Below, piece after piece: positions 39,086 to 51,650 of a stretch of DNA of 51,699 nucleotides. The stretch's first letter is position 1. Every line of letters begins with the position of its first letter. This DNA comes from Octopus bimaculoides (lineage: Eukaryota). Location: NCBI RefSeq assembly GCF_001194135.2, contig NC_068991.1, positions 17,446,996 to 17,498,694 of the forward strand, given 5' to 3'. The translations under genes were made by a program, and so were the position numbers. Under the pieces are notes generated by a model that was given only the letters and a program-made list of their open reading frames with translations, had not been told where the DNA came from and ran no database searches.

Positions 39086-39341
39086 ATAGAGTGACTATGA
39101 GAGTAAGGAGTAAAACGATATATATGAACAGGGTCGAAATAGGGAGAGAGAGAGAAAGAAACATGTTGATGCAAAGCTATACACAAATAAACAGAAATCG
39201 ATCTAGTCAATCTTATGTAAACGAGAAATACAGAGATAGCAGGGGCGAGTAAGAACGAGGTAGTTAATAAAAGAGGCCGTGACAAGAAACACTTTCAAGT
39301 AGATAGAATAATAAGGTGATCTATGTGTTCTATTTACGTAC

Positions 39342-39422
39342 CTGTTTGTAATGTAACCTAATGGGTTTAATATATTTGGATTTGTCGAACGTCGACACAG
39401 TCACGTCACTAATGTTCTCCAT
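39342..39422 (-). CDS. NUDT14: NUDT14 exon 1 (coding part): MENISDVTVSTFDKSKYIKPIRLHYKQ
   Basis: ATG at 39422-39420, donor CAG|gtacgt; 81 nt, phase 0; aligns to human [27 protein letters not shown]. Confidence 0.93.
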
Positions 39423-39650
39423 TTGTAATTGACTTCTAACGCGGTCTCTTTCTTGGAAAACTGGGATTAATCAGTTCCTTCCTTTTTCTTTTATCTCTTC
39501 TTCTCACAATTCATTTCACTTTCTGTTTTCTCTTGCTTTCCGGGAGTTATGCCACTCTCCCAACTCTGAGTACAATAACTCTCCACGCAAAGGTCATTTC
39601 GCACCCCCCATCCTACCATCGTTTTCGAACACAGTTGTTATCTCTCTCCC

Positions 39651-40013
39651 AGTGGAGGTGCAATGGCCCAGTGGTTAGGGCAGCGGACTCGCGGTCATAG
39701 GATCGCGGTTTAGATTCCCACACCGGGCGTTGTGAGTGTTTATTGAGCGAAAACACCTAAAGCTCCACGAGGCTCCGGCAGGGGGTAGTGGCGAACCCTG
39801 CTGTACTCTTCCACCACAACTTTCTCTCTCTTACTTCCTGTTTCTGTTGTGCCTGTAATTCAAAGGGTCAACCTTGTCACACTGTGTCACGCTGAATATC
39901 CCCGAGAACTACGTTAAGGGTACACGTGTCTGTGGAGTACTCAGCCAGTTGCACGTTAATTTCACGAGCAGGCTGTTCCGTTGATCCGGATCGACTGGAA
40001 CCCTCGACAACAA
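39651..40013 (+). mobile_element. SINE family C with 11-bp TSD, about 230 bp upstream of the NUDT14 ATG
   Basis: TSD atctctctccc at 39640-39650 and 40014-40024; lacks part of the 3' end seen in the other copies. Confidence 0.9.
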
Positions 40014-40084
40014 ATCTCTCTCCCGTTCCATTCCTCTCTTCTCACTGTAACAGGAATGTCTTAACCTTGTATATTGTTAATTCT

Positions 40085-40348
40085 AAATACAAACTTGTTA
40101 CCAGTTCAAAAGTGTTTCAAGTATATTCGAACCTGGAAGAAACCATTTTTCACTATATTTTGCCATGAAGAAAATTTCTCGCTGGGGACAGGTGGGTGGA
40201 GTAAACACACCGAGTCAGTTCGCTGTGAACCTATCTATCTGCAGCGAGGAATTTTCTCCGTGACAAAATATAGTGAATGGTTTATTGTGGGTTTCATGCA
40301 TTTTTGAACTGGTAACAAGTTTGTGTTTATACACGTCACTGCTTAGCG
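40085..40348. mobile_element. Palindromic (foldback) element, family P, copy 2 (inverted relative to copy 1)
   Basis: Outer arms aaa.acaaacttgttaccagttcaaaa (40085 onward / ending 40328); inner arms aaccat..tcactatattttg.ca.g.agaaaatt.ctcgctg; tail tttatacacgtcactgcttagcg. Confidence 0.75.
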
Positions 40349-40935
40349 ATTTCGTCCCGTATTGTTAATTCTAGTCACGTCCAAGGCGTTCCATCGACCT
40401 CAGGAGTATGGAATGCAGAGTTGACCTCGATCGGCATATTATTGTTATTATTGTTCTCAAGCTAAGAAATTTAATGCTCTCCACTACAAAGAAAAAAAAA
40501 ATGAATTGTATGTCCTCAGTATTTTAAAAGGAAGGCAAACTGGAATTTGCCTTCATATAATTCTTTCTACTGCGGGGGTGGGGGGCATCTTAGATTTATT
40601 AGAAATGGCTATGTTTTTCCCCCTACACACTTATCTATAATGGACTATGAGCGTCGATTGTCGAAAGATAGCTTCAACCTTTTACCTGTACTATGTATCA
40701 CATATGATACATATTTCCCTGATGTCTATGGATCATATATTATACACATTACTAATTTTTTTCAGCCGTTAGTGCAGTGTTTCCTAATCTACTTTTCCCC
40801 AAGTTCCACTACAACTTCCCAGAAAAATGTATGCCCCACCTGTCGTTGGAAAAAAAGAAAAAAAACTATATTTTTAATATTTCATGATTATATACTTTCC
40901 TTAAGAAATATTCACACTAGAACATTAGAATAGTG

Positions 40936-41496
40936 GGATCTATTTTAAAACGGGGGCCACATTTTTCATTAATGTTTTACGTAGTGTTTTTGGTACGGAA
41001 AGACTTTCAAACTTCGTATACTTATCTATTTTGTGTTATAGAACAGAAAAATATTTTTATATTCGAATTTATTTCATGTAAAAAATTGTCTTATTTTGAT
41101 AATTTCAACCAATCACTGACAAGTATTCAGTTGTTTATATTTACTCCTTTGGCTGATTAAGCGATGTAAAGCGTATTTAATCTCCATACCTTCGTTTTAT
41201 TTGCTTTTTTCATTTTAAATTTGCTTTAACCCTAACCGTAGGGTTAGGGTTAGGGTTAATTGTTTCAGAATCGTTTGTTTATGTAGTCGGCACTTAATGT
41301 ATATCGGCTGAATGGACGTCAGTGATTGGTTGAAATTACAGAAATACGACAACTTTCCCATGGAATAACTTATGGATTTCTTTTTTTAAAAGAAGACTAA
41401 GAGAAAAAAATGTTTTATATGACACATTCTACCAGTGTTCCAAGTTTCAAAGTGTTTCGTAAATGAAAAATGTGGCCCCCGTTTTAAAAAAGATCC
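40936..41496. mobile_element. MITE with 35-bp GG-starting TIRs, 8-bp TSD and an internal (TTAGGG)n hairpin
   Basis: TIR ggatctattttaaaacgggggccacatttttcatt vs ggatcttttttaaaacgggggccacatttttcatt (34/35); TSD gaatagtg / gaatagcg. Confidence 0.85.
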
Positions 41497-41615
41497 GAAT
41501 AGCGCCATACAGTAGCAGTCTTCACACAGTATGCTTGGCTAGAGGGATTGGTTTGGCTACGCTCAGTACTGGTGTACTATGGTTGCTGGGGAAAAAAAGA
41601 TTTTCACAATTCCAT

Positions 41616-41995
41616 ATACTCTTTTACTTGTTTCAGTCATTTGACTGTGGCCATGCTGGAGCACCGCCTTTAGTCGAGCAAATCGACCCCAGGACTTATT
41701 CTATCGGTCTCTTTTGCCGAACCGTTAAGTTACTGGGACGTAAAGACACCAGCATCGGTTGTCAAGCGATGTTGGGGGAACAAACACAGACACACAAACA
41801 TACACGCACACACACACACATATATATACATACATATATACGACGGGCTTCTTTCAGTTTCCGTCTACCAAATCCACTCACAAGGCTTTGGTCGGCCCGA
41901 GGCTATAGTAGAAGACACTTGCCCTACGTGCTACGCAGTGGGACTGAACCCAGAACCATGTGGCTGGTAAGCAAGCTACTTACCACACAGCCACT
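41616..41995 (-). mobile_element. SINE family A, full length
   Basis: Same bipartite structure with internal (CA)/(TA)n. Confidence 0.9.
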
Positions 41996-43660
41996 AAAAA
42001 ATTGGATCCCACACTCCCACCACAATTTTCCCAGACCTCACCGGTGGGGCGTATTCTCCACATTGGGAATCACTGTGTTAGAGTAACTTGTAACTTATGA
42101 AAAAAAAGCTTTATATTATTCAATGTATGAAACAAGGGCTAACTAGAAATCTGAAAGCAAGCATGGACGTTAAGGGCAAACCTATGAAAATGTTTTGGAC
42201 AGGTAAAGGGTCAACGAGGTTAAGTAGTTTAACCTCTATCTGTCGAATAGATTATCTGGTGAGTGTTATAGAAGGATGACAACTTTTCTAATACTGTCCC
42301 GTTTAGCAATACCGCCTAGGCCTTAGGTAAACCTTTAGAAAAGTTACCTCTGTGGCAAGTATTTCGATCAAATGTTTAGTTCCTTTTTCATCCATGTTGT
42401 TGTCCGCCCTCTCTTCAATCAAACATGATTAAACAGACCTATGATCAAAAACATTTCAATCGTTACCAACTCATCTTTTCTCAAACTTAGTATACCTTGG
42501 ACTGCGTTATCCGATTGTTTTTTAAGACGTTAGGGTATGAGAAGGATTTAGCAGCTTGAGATGCCATTTAGAAGCTCTGTCCCTGGCTCAGCCTCGACAA
42601 TATATTTCCGGCAGATATTCAGTCTCCGCATCAGCCACATTAATCTCGCTAGTTTGGAAGGGCTTCTAGAAGTCATTGATGGCCATTTTACTGTCGCTAA
42701 TAAATCATTCGGTGGGGTGTGTCACACATAGTTATCACCGTGTTATGGAGTGACAGAAGTAAAGAGAAATGACGCATGCAGGAGAAACTTGTCAAAATAT
42801 ATGGGATAATCTATGTAACAATCCGAGGGCGAAAGTTTATTAACTCATAAAAAAAAATGTTGCTATGTTGCGTTTGAGTTCTCTCCAGGACAGATGGTTG
42901 AACAAGTGCGGTTTTCATAACTTGGCCAGCATCGTAGAAGAAAAAGTATCTGGTGATCTGAGTTCAAATTCACCAGAAGATTTCGATTCTCGACAAAATC
43001 ATTTTATTCCGCTTATGTCTTAAAAGACCTTTCAGAAATGTAAAAGTACGTCACGATTACTTTCGCTCAATGGGAAAACTTGATTTATAAATACTAAGGG
43101 CTGATAACTCTGATCAAACTGCTCAACTATATATACAGAGATGATGAAGCAGCGGAAAAAATTAGTCAAATTAAATGCCTTACCATATCTAGTTTGGGTT
43201 CCGAGTTGTTCGTCAATCTCAATTCGAAATAGTAATCAGGAATATTATTTGGTCAAGTTTTATGTTTTGTTTCATTAAGGATTATTTAGAAAAAAAGTGC
43301 AAAACAATGGAAGAATAAAATTAACCCATAAAGCTCTGGGATTTGGACTTACATAGCATGGACTGCTGAGCACATTTTATGAAAATGAGACTTCTATGCA
43401 CACATAAAAAAAACAAAAAAAAAATAGTTAAAATGGTGGAAAGTTTTACATCATCTGAAAAGTTATTAGTTGTACTATCTCTTGACAGACATTTCAACAA
43501 ACGCTCATAAATTAGATGTGTCTATCTGAGCCACGATTGTGACCTGTCGACCACGATCGTGACCCGTCGTGTTTTATGTCTTAAGCGCTCAGAGATAATA
43601 AAGTGATAAAATGATGAACACTGATACATGTATGTGTGCATATATATATATATATATATC

Positions 43661-44200
43661 ATGTAATTTAGATTCAGTTGAATTAGGTACTTAAATTGAG
43701 ACACCTTGTTATGACGAACTTATTTGCACACTCAAACAATATTAGATGATTAATTATCGCCATTTCGAGCGATTCCTTTAATTAATCAATAAAAGCATTA
43801 CATCGTTACAAAGCAAACCGTTCTCATCAGATGACCGTATATCATCAATAGAGAGCACATATTTACATTGTAAATATTTGCTCTCTGTTGATAATATGAA
43901 TATGTTTAAATATCTAATTTGTCCTTTATGCTTGCAATCTATGCGGTCATCTGATGTTATAACTGAATTGATTATTATATATACAAACCACATCTAGTCT
44001 CAGGTATTTTCTTTACCCAAAAACAACGTATTCAAAAATGTGTGTACGAAAAAAAAAAGAACATAATCGAAAGCTGTTTGGTATTATGAAACTCTATGTA
44101 GAGTTTGATAACCATCTAATATTGTCTGAGTGTGCAAATAAGTTCGTCCTAACAAGGTGCCTCAATTTAAGTACCTAATTCAACCGAATCTAAATTACAT
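43661..44200. mobile_element. Non-autonomous element with ~90-bp terminal inverted repeats
   Basis: atgtaatttagattc.gttgaattaggtacttaaattgag.caccttgtta.gacgaacttatttgcacactca.acaatattagatg at 43661 onward, with reverse complement at ~44110-44200; TA-rich flanks. Confidence 0.85.
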
Positions 44201-45959
44201 TTTATATATCAGATGTACACGACAGACTTCTTTCACTTTCCATCTCCTAGATCCTCTCACAAGGTTTTGGTCGGCCGGAGGCTATAGTAGAAGACACACA
44301 GTGGGACTGAACCTGAAACCATATGTTTAGGCATCAAGCTTCTTACCACGCCCGCGCGCAATTTGCCAAATAGAATTAAGATGGTTTAACTCTCTGGCGA
44401 AGAAAAAAGTATTACAGAGATAAAAACTCTATTTTGTTTTCTTCTTAATAAAAGGACGAATGGAAACACGTTCACTTAATATTAGGTGAAGATTTGCGAG
44501 CTAGATAGTTGTTAGTGGTCAAGTGCAAATAACTCTGTTTCCTTGCAAATAGCAATTACTTCCCTTGATATTTACATTTCGTTCTTTAACACATTATCTT
44601 TCGACTACGTTTTTTTTTTTTCGTACACATTTTTGAATGCATTGTTTTTGGGAAAGGAAAATACCTGAGTTACTGACACTCTAGAGACTAGATGTGGTTT
44701 GTGAATATAATAATCAATTCAGTTATTTTTCTTTTATTTTTAAGTTCTCAGTTCAAATACCTCCGAGGTCAACTTCGTCTTTCATCCTTTCGGGATCGAT
44801 AAAATAAAGTATCGATCAAGTACTAGGGTCGATGTAATCGACTTACAATCCTCCTCTCAAAAATCCCTGACACAAAGTCTAAATTAGAAACCATTCTAAC
44901 CGCTTTGCCTGCAGTTTTCTGGTCTAATACGAGTGAGGTGGTCCCATTTTGATGTTGCGCATTTTTTTTTTTTTTACTATTGATTGCTGGCGTGAATTAA
45001 GAGCTAGTTACAATGGAACGGTCATGTGATATATTCAGGTCCAATCAACAATGACTTTACGGAAAAATTTTAACTCAAAACCAAGAGGTCGTTAATCACA
45101 TACCTGAATCTCATGAGCCATTGTCGAAGCCTGTACGTGGACGTGCGTCCTGCTAGAAATAGCAACTAAATCCCCAACTCTTTGCCTGTCCTATGTATCA
45201 CATGCATATTTCCTAGGCATATTTCCTAGGACATATTTCCTAGGCGTACATGCATCATATATGATAAACATTACCAAATTTTTCAAGCATTAGAGTAACT
45301 TTATATTATTCAGAATGTATGAAACAAGATCTAACAAAAAGTCTGAAAATAAGCATTGGCGTTTAGGACAAACGTATGAAAACCTTTTGATAGGCAAAGG
45401 GTTAAATTACACCCTACTGTCTTATAAAAATAAACATATATTAGGTGTCATGGCCTTTATGCAGTATGCTTGAGAAAATAAAAAAAAAGAAAGACAAAAA
45501 CTAATGATTAACATGTGATCATAGATTCTTTAAGAATCTTCTGATTCCAGCCCATGAATTACAGAGACATCTCATCTCTAAGAATACTTGACAGTATTCC
45601 TTAATTTTGGGTGATAGTCTGAGTAAATATTGAAAACTTACCTTCAATTTTGGCAATAATCATTAAAAGTAACAGGAAAATTCCTTAAACATCTGACGAT
45701 ATGGCATTTCTAAAAATTCTTGGAAATATTTCTTTAAGCTACTAGAAGACATAACTAAAATATCTGGATGCATTCCTTAAAATGTTGGCATCACCTTAGT
45801 CATATTTCCTTTGGCATCACCTTAATCATATTTTCTAGCTCATCATAGGAATTTTCACAAGGAGAATCACAGCTTACCATGTTAATAGCCAAAGAATTTT
45901 GTTGGTCTATAGGTCACTAAAATTTTATTGTTTATAACCAAGGTATATTTATAACTCTG

Positions 45960-46331
45960 TGGAGGCGCAATGGCCCAGTGGTCAGAGCAGCGGACTCGCG
46001 ATTGTAGGATCGCGGTTTCGATCCCCAGACTGGGCATTGTGAGTGTTTATTGAGCGAAAACAACTAAAAGCTCCACAGGGTGGCGAACCCTGCTGAACTC
46101 TTTCACCACAACTTTCTCTCACTCGTTCTTCCTATTTCTGTTGTACCTGTATTTCAAAGGGCCAGTCTTGTCACACTCTGTATCACGCTGAATTTCCCCA
46201 AGAACTATGACAATGGCTCATGAGATTCAGGTATGCTCAGCCACTTGCACGTTAATTTCACGAGCAGGCTGTTCCGTTGATCAGATCAACTGGAACCCTC
46301 GTCGTCGTAACCGACAGAGTGCCAACCAACC
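45960..46331 (+). mobile_element. SINE family C with 13-bp TSD and internal deletion
   Basis: TSD atttataactctg at 45947-45959 and 46332-46344. Confidence 0.9.
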
Positions 46332-47770
46332 ATTTATAACTCTGGTGCTTCAATCTACCTAACAAGTAAATAGGGACAATGAGCTGGTATGGCTCATTGC
46401 GAGTAACAGTAGCAGTGTCATATAACTGATGAGTATATCATTAGCTTGCATTGCTAAGTTCAAATCTTGCACTGGATATATCGGACATGGAAATAGACTC
46501 TAAGTTAGTCCAGATATGCTACATGGAGATGAATATTCAGTGGCTCCTCAATGACTCAGTGAGTCACTAGGCTTACTATACTTGTCAGACAGACAGAAGT
46601 ATCCCCATGGTTTCTACATGAATCACCCTAGTAGGTTCCAGTTAAATTCATCAGCAACCCAAAATTGCTATACCATCGAATCACATGATTTCAACCATCC
46701 TTGGACTTGTCAATGATGGACGCTCAATTGCTAGAGATAGCTATACTTACCCTCTTAAAATTCTATCGTCTAACCCACCTAAGATAATATAGTATGAAGG
46801 AAATAGCAGCCTCGTTCTTGTGTTTCCTCGGTTTGTTTCAGTAACTGTCTCCTTTCTGTGTTGAGTAGACATGACAACTGACACACTCACACATATAAAC
46901 ATCATAACTTTTATAACACATGAAAGTACAGTAGTAAGATAATAAATATATGACACTGTAAAATTAAGAAAATATGAATTTATTAAATTCAATGATTTTA
47001 AACAAATGTTTTGATAAAAATATCAACAAAGTTAACATATATTATTCCCTTTCATTATATTTGATTAGTGTTTGGATTTTTTTTATTCATTCTATCAAAA
47101 TGCTAAAACAAAACAATCACTGACTCTCTTTTTAGTTAATTTACCTCTTAGAAGATGCTGCTGCAGAATACTAAAGGTAGTAGAGAAAATAGAAGACAGA
47201 GTCTACTGCAATTTTAAAGTTGGATGCTGAATAGTAGGAAGGCCAATGGTATTATCATGATCCTTGTTGTTGTCATCATTTTACATCTGCTTTTTGTACT
47301 GTCATGGGCTGAACAGATCATCGTGGATCAAGTTAGTTCTTATTTGGAGTCACAGCTCTCTTAGACAAGTCTGAAGAAGATGTCTCACTCATACATTCCA
47401 GCTATAAAAAACTAATTGGCCTAATAAGAAAAAAGAGAAACATCAGATTCATGCTCGCAGCAAATATTAGATATAAAACAAAAAGAATAATTATTTCCTT
47501 GTTCTTCGGTTTATTATTACGATGGACAAAATGTTTAGCAGCATTTCTCCCAGCTTTACATTCAAATTCCACTGAGATCAACTTTGCCTTTCATGGTTGA
47601 TAAAGTAAGTACCAGCAGAGCACTGGAGTTGATATTGTCAACTTCCCCGCTCTCTGAGTGAGATAAAAATGACTTGGGGATGATAGATAAGTGAGGGATA
47701 ATGAGCAAGGCATAGGAGTTAAAGGGAAGGGAGATGTTGAGGTAAATAAAGGTTACTATAATGGATGAAG

Positions 47771-48030
47771 GAGCATGGCTTAGTGGTTAGGTTGTTGTAC
47801 TCAATCACTAGATCATGGGTTCGATCTCCAGACCAGGTGGTGAGTTGTGTTCTTGAGCAAAACATTTTATTTCACGTTGCTCCAATCCCCTTTTTGATCG
47901 GGGGGGGGGATGTTGGCCTGCTCGCCTAGCCAGTGGGGTGGCATCATTTGAAGTCTAAAATGATGCAAAGCGCATTGTGACCAGTGATGTGTAACAACAT
48001 CTGATAGCCTGAGTGGTCACATGATCACCT
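47771..48030 (+). mobile_element. tRNA-derived SINE family E
   Basis: A box tggcttagtgg, B box ggttcgatctcc, then ttgtgttcttgagcaaaaca; single copy in the window. Confidence 0.7.
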
Positions 48031-48649
48031 AATAATGAGTAGGAATGGTAGCAGATATAAGAGGGCATTGAGAAAGGCAGCAGATATGCAGTGTTAAGAT
48101 AAAGTACAGTAATACCTCATTTTACGAGGACCTGCTTTAAGAGACCCCAGGTTTGCGAGTTTTATTTTATAATAAATATAAAAGGTTAAACAGCCATTTT
48201 GTGCATGTGGCAACAGCACAACATGTGGCATCACTGGTTCTTATATGTCTACACAACAGTGGAATAAAATAATGGTATGGAATTCCATTGTTATTATGGG
48301 AAATTATTGCTCTGCTTTATGAGTTTTCGCTTTAGAAGCAGTCTCTGGGAACAAATTAACTCGTATACTGAGGCATTAGTGTATGGTAGAGAAGGGGAGA
48401 TAACTGGAGACACAAAGGTGGTAATCAATCATCATGGTGTGGGAAAGAATGTGAATGTGGGATAATGAGAACGGAGGTGGGGAGGAGGCAGTTACTTGTA
48501 ATGCAAAAAGTTAGAGGATATATGTGGCAAGGAGGGATGACTGTTGGGGGTTAGGGAGATAAGATGTGGGGAATATCTGATGGAGCAAAACGGTAGTAGG
48601 GACAGAGTCCAACATGAACGAGAATAGACAAAATGTTTTAGAACTTCAT

Positions 48650-50700
48650 TTTTGTTGTGATGGACAGGTCTTTGCAAGCATAGTAAATCGCAAATCATCT
48701 TGGTGCTTTATCACTTCCTCCATGAGGTTCAGCATCTTCAGATCAGCCTTCACTGCTTCATTTCATCCTTTCCTGGGTCTCCCTCTTCTACAAGTCCCAT
48801 CCACTTTAAGTGTCTGGCACTTCTTTAAGCAGATGTTCTCATTCATAAACATCACATGAGTAAACCAGTGCAGTCCTCTCTTGCAAGCATCTTATTCCTC
48901 TTATGCCAAATTTTTCTCTCATTAGCACTTAGTCATACATGCATACTGACATTTCACATCCAACAGACTATATCGGCTTCATTACCCTCTAGTCTTTGCA
49001 TGTCCTCTGCATGAAGTGCCCACCATCTAGCATTGCTGTTCATACACCAGCATCATACAGTCTGCCTTTCACTTTGAGAGACATCTTTTGTTACCATCAG
49101 TGGCAATAACTCTCTGACCTTCCTCCAACCTATTCTTATTTTAGCAACTATACTTTCAGAGCATCCTCCCCCTACTTCTAGTTATGTGCCAAGGTAACAG
49201 AAACTCTCTACTACCTCCAGGGAGCCTTTAAGGCATTGGAAAGAATCTACTGTCCTGAGTGATCATTGTTCTCATGCACCTTTCACATATAAACACTATT
49301 TTCTCCATTAGTTCCCCTGTGATTCTACATCTTTTTTTGTGTCCATAGCTTGCACTATGTACACCATATGGAATCCCTGCCTACACCCTTCCTACATATC
49401 AAGTAAGGCCATTTACCTGAAGGGAGTAGAAGAATCCTGCCTGTTTTCCTGCTTACTAGAATTTTGGTCTTTGCTTAAGACTCTTTGATTCCAGGTTTTA
49501 CTGCAACACCTGTAATTTCTAATTTTATTAAAGATTCTTCCACAAGAATGAGATCATCATATAGTAGTTCCTAGGGGCAGCCTGTCTTAAATGGAATGAA
49601 AGTCAATAATGAATAGAAAGGGACTGAGAATAGAGCCCTGGTGAACTCCTACCTGTACTCTAAATTCAGTGCTGAACTTATAGCTAATCATCATCATCAT
49701 CATTTAACGTCCGCTTTCCATGCTAGCATGGGTTGGACGATTTTACTGAGGACTGGCGAACCAAATGGCTGCACCAGGCACCAATCTGATCTGGCAGAGT
49801 TTCTACAGCTGGATGCCCTTCCTAACGCCAACCACTCCGAGAGTGTAGTGGGTACTTTTACATGCCACTAGCACAAGGGCCAGTTAGGCAGTACTGGCAA
49901 CGGCCATGCTCAAGTGGTGTTTTTCATGTGCCACCTGCACAGGGGCCAGTCCAGCGGCACTGGCTATGACCTCGCTCGAATGTCTAACTATCACCTTACT
50001 AACAGCACCCCTGTACATGGCTTGTATGACTTTTGCAAGCCATTTGTTTGCAACCTAACTTCCCCAGAGAGTATCAGATCACAGAGCAAGGAATTCTGTT
50101 GAAGGCTTTCTCCAAGTCAACAAATGTACAATAATTTACTCTGAGCTAAATACTGCAGTTGTCTAAGGTGGCATCAATAGTAATTCCTGGCACAAAATTA
50201 AATTGCATCTTATCTAGCCTAATTCTGTTTCTCTCTATAAACTCTTCTCTCTTTCATGACCTGGCACAACAATTTGATACATCTGTAATTACTTCTACCA
50301 AAGGCATCTCTTTTGGTCTTGTAACATCTGACTAGGATGTTGCTATACCAGTCATTGGGTATGACACCTGATTAACCTGGTTTGCTATATAGGTGATAAG
50401 GCACCCATAAAAACTGTCAACTAGGATAGCTGAGTTCCTCTATAGAATCAACAATGAGGAGACTCTTTCTACCATGTATTCTCCATATTTAATACCCTTT
50501 CATAGTTAGCATTTTCCTGCCAGTTTGTTTTCAGAATCACAAAGTGCAAGCATACCATTATCCATCCATACACACTTCTCTCCCATGCCTTGATTATCTG
50601 TTATACACTGTCATGCAATCCAGAACACCTCATGCTGTAAGACATTGGCAAACTTTCCTTCATGCTTCAGCCCTTGCTAAACAAACCTGCCCTTTCTGAG
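48650..50700 (-). mobile_element. Decayed RTE-clade LINE (RT plus C-terminus), interrupted by a SINE
   Basis: Minus strand: VDLEKAFNRIP (~50120), ELLY-DDLIL (~49570-49545), CRQGFHMVY (degenerate C-rich motif), GGCSESIVAKIRIGWRKVRELLPL and LKVKGRLYDA. Confidence 0.85.
49687..49978 (-). mobile_element. SINE family B nested inside the RTE LINE
   Basis: (CAT)n then ttaacgtccgctttccatgctagcatgggttggacg...; reverse complement of 24080-24340. Confidence 0.85.
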
Positions 50701-51472
50701 TGTACTGGATTTTTTTTTTATGGTTCCAGCACTAGTGAGATCGCAGGTTCAAATATGGTGATAAGCTTAATCTGTTACCCCGACTTAGCACTACAACATG
50801 GTCACTGGCAGATTTGAAGAGTCAAACAAAATGTTTTGTGGTATTTATTCCAGCTCCTTATGTCTAGATCAGATCTCACCAAGATCAACTTTGCTTTTCA
50901 TCCAACTGGGGTCAATATATTAAGTACCAATCGCTACTTAAACCAATATATAATTGATTACATCCTCTGGTCAAAATCTATAGCCTTGTGCTTACATTAG
51001 AAACATCATTTACAAAACAGCTTGTTTTACATATACATATATATATCAATATATATATATATATTTTATTTATATAATTTTTACATTTTATTTTACATTT
51101 CTCATATTTTTTATTTTACAATTTCGCTTTTAATTTTAGCAATTTTTCTCTTGATTTTTTTTCAAAATTTTATTTACAACAGTTAAAATTAAAAAAAAAC
51201 ACAACAAAAAACAAATAACATAAATTATTAGTTCTTTCTTATGGCAATAACAGCAACAACAGAGTAGAAATAGTAAGTAGTAACAAAGCCATGGCGTAGT
51301 AGCAGTAGCAAGTAGTAGTAGCAGCAGCAGTGGCGGTATGTAGTGATAGTGTGGTAGTAGAGATTGTTAAAAACGGATGACAAATATTTCTTACACACAC
51401 GTGCACATATACAGTTGTGTGTATGTGTGTGTTTATACATAGGTATGTATATATACATATATATACATGCAC

Positions 51473-51507
<35 letters not shown>

Positions 51508-51650
51508 TACATATCTATGCATGTATATACATATCTATATATATGCATACATATACATACGTATATATATGCATATACATACATATGTAAACATTTATAC
51601 ATACATATACATACGTATATATATGCATATACATACATATGTAAACATTT

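Noticed and set aside
42505-42675. Open minus-strand segment between ag and gt (SPSKLARLMW...)
   Set aside because: Its 3' part is a recurrent SINE tail also seen near 6560, 29500 and 35260, and there is no recognisable homology.
45205-45250. Three copies of catatttcctagg
   Set aside because: A short local slippage repeat with no supporting context.
32922-47830. tRNA genes suggested by A/B boxes
   Set aside because: The boxes are SINE heads followed by non-tRNA bodies, several with TSDs; no full cloverleaf could be drawn.
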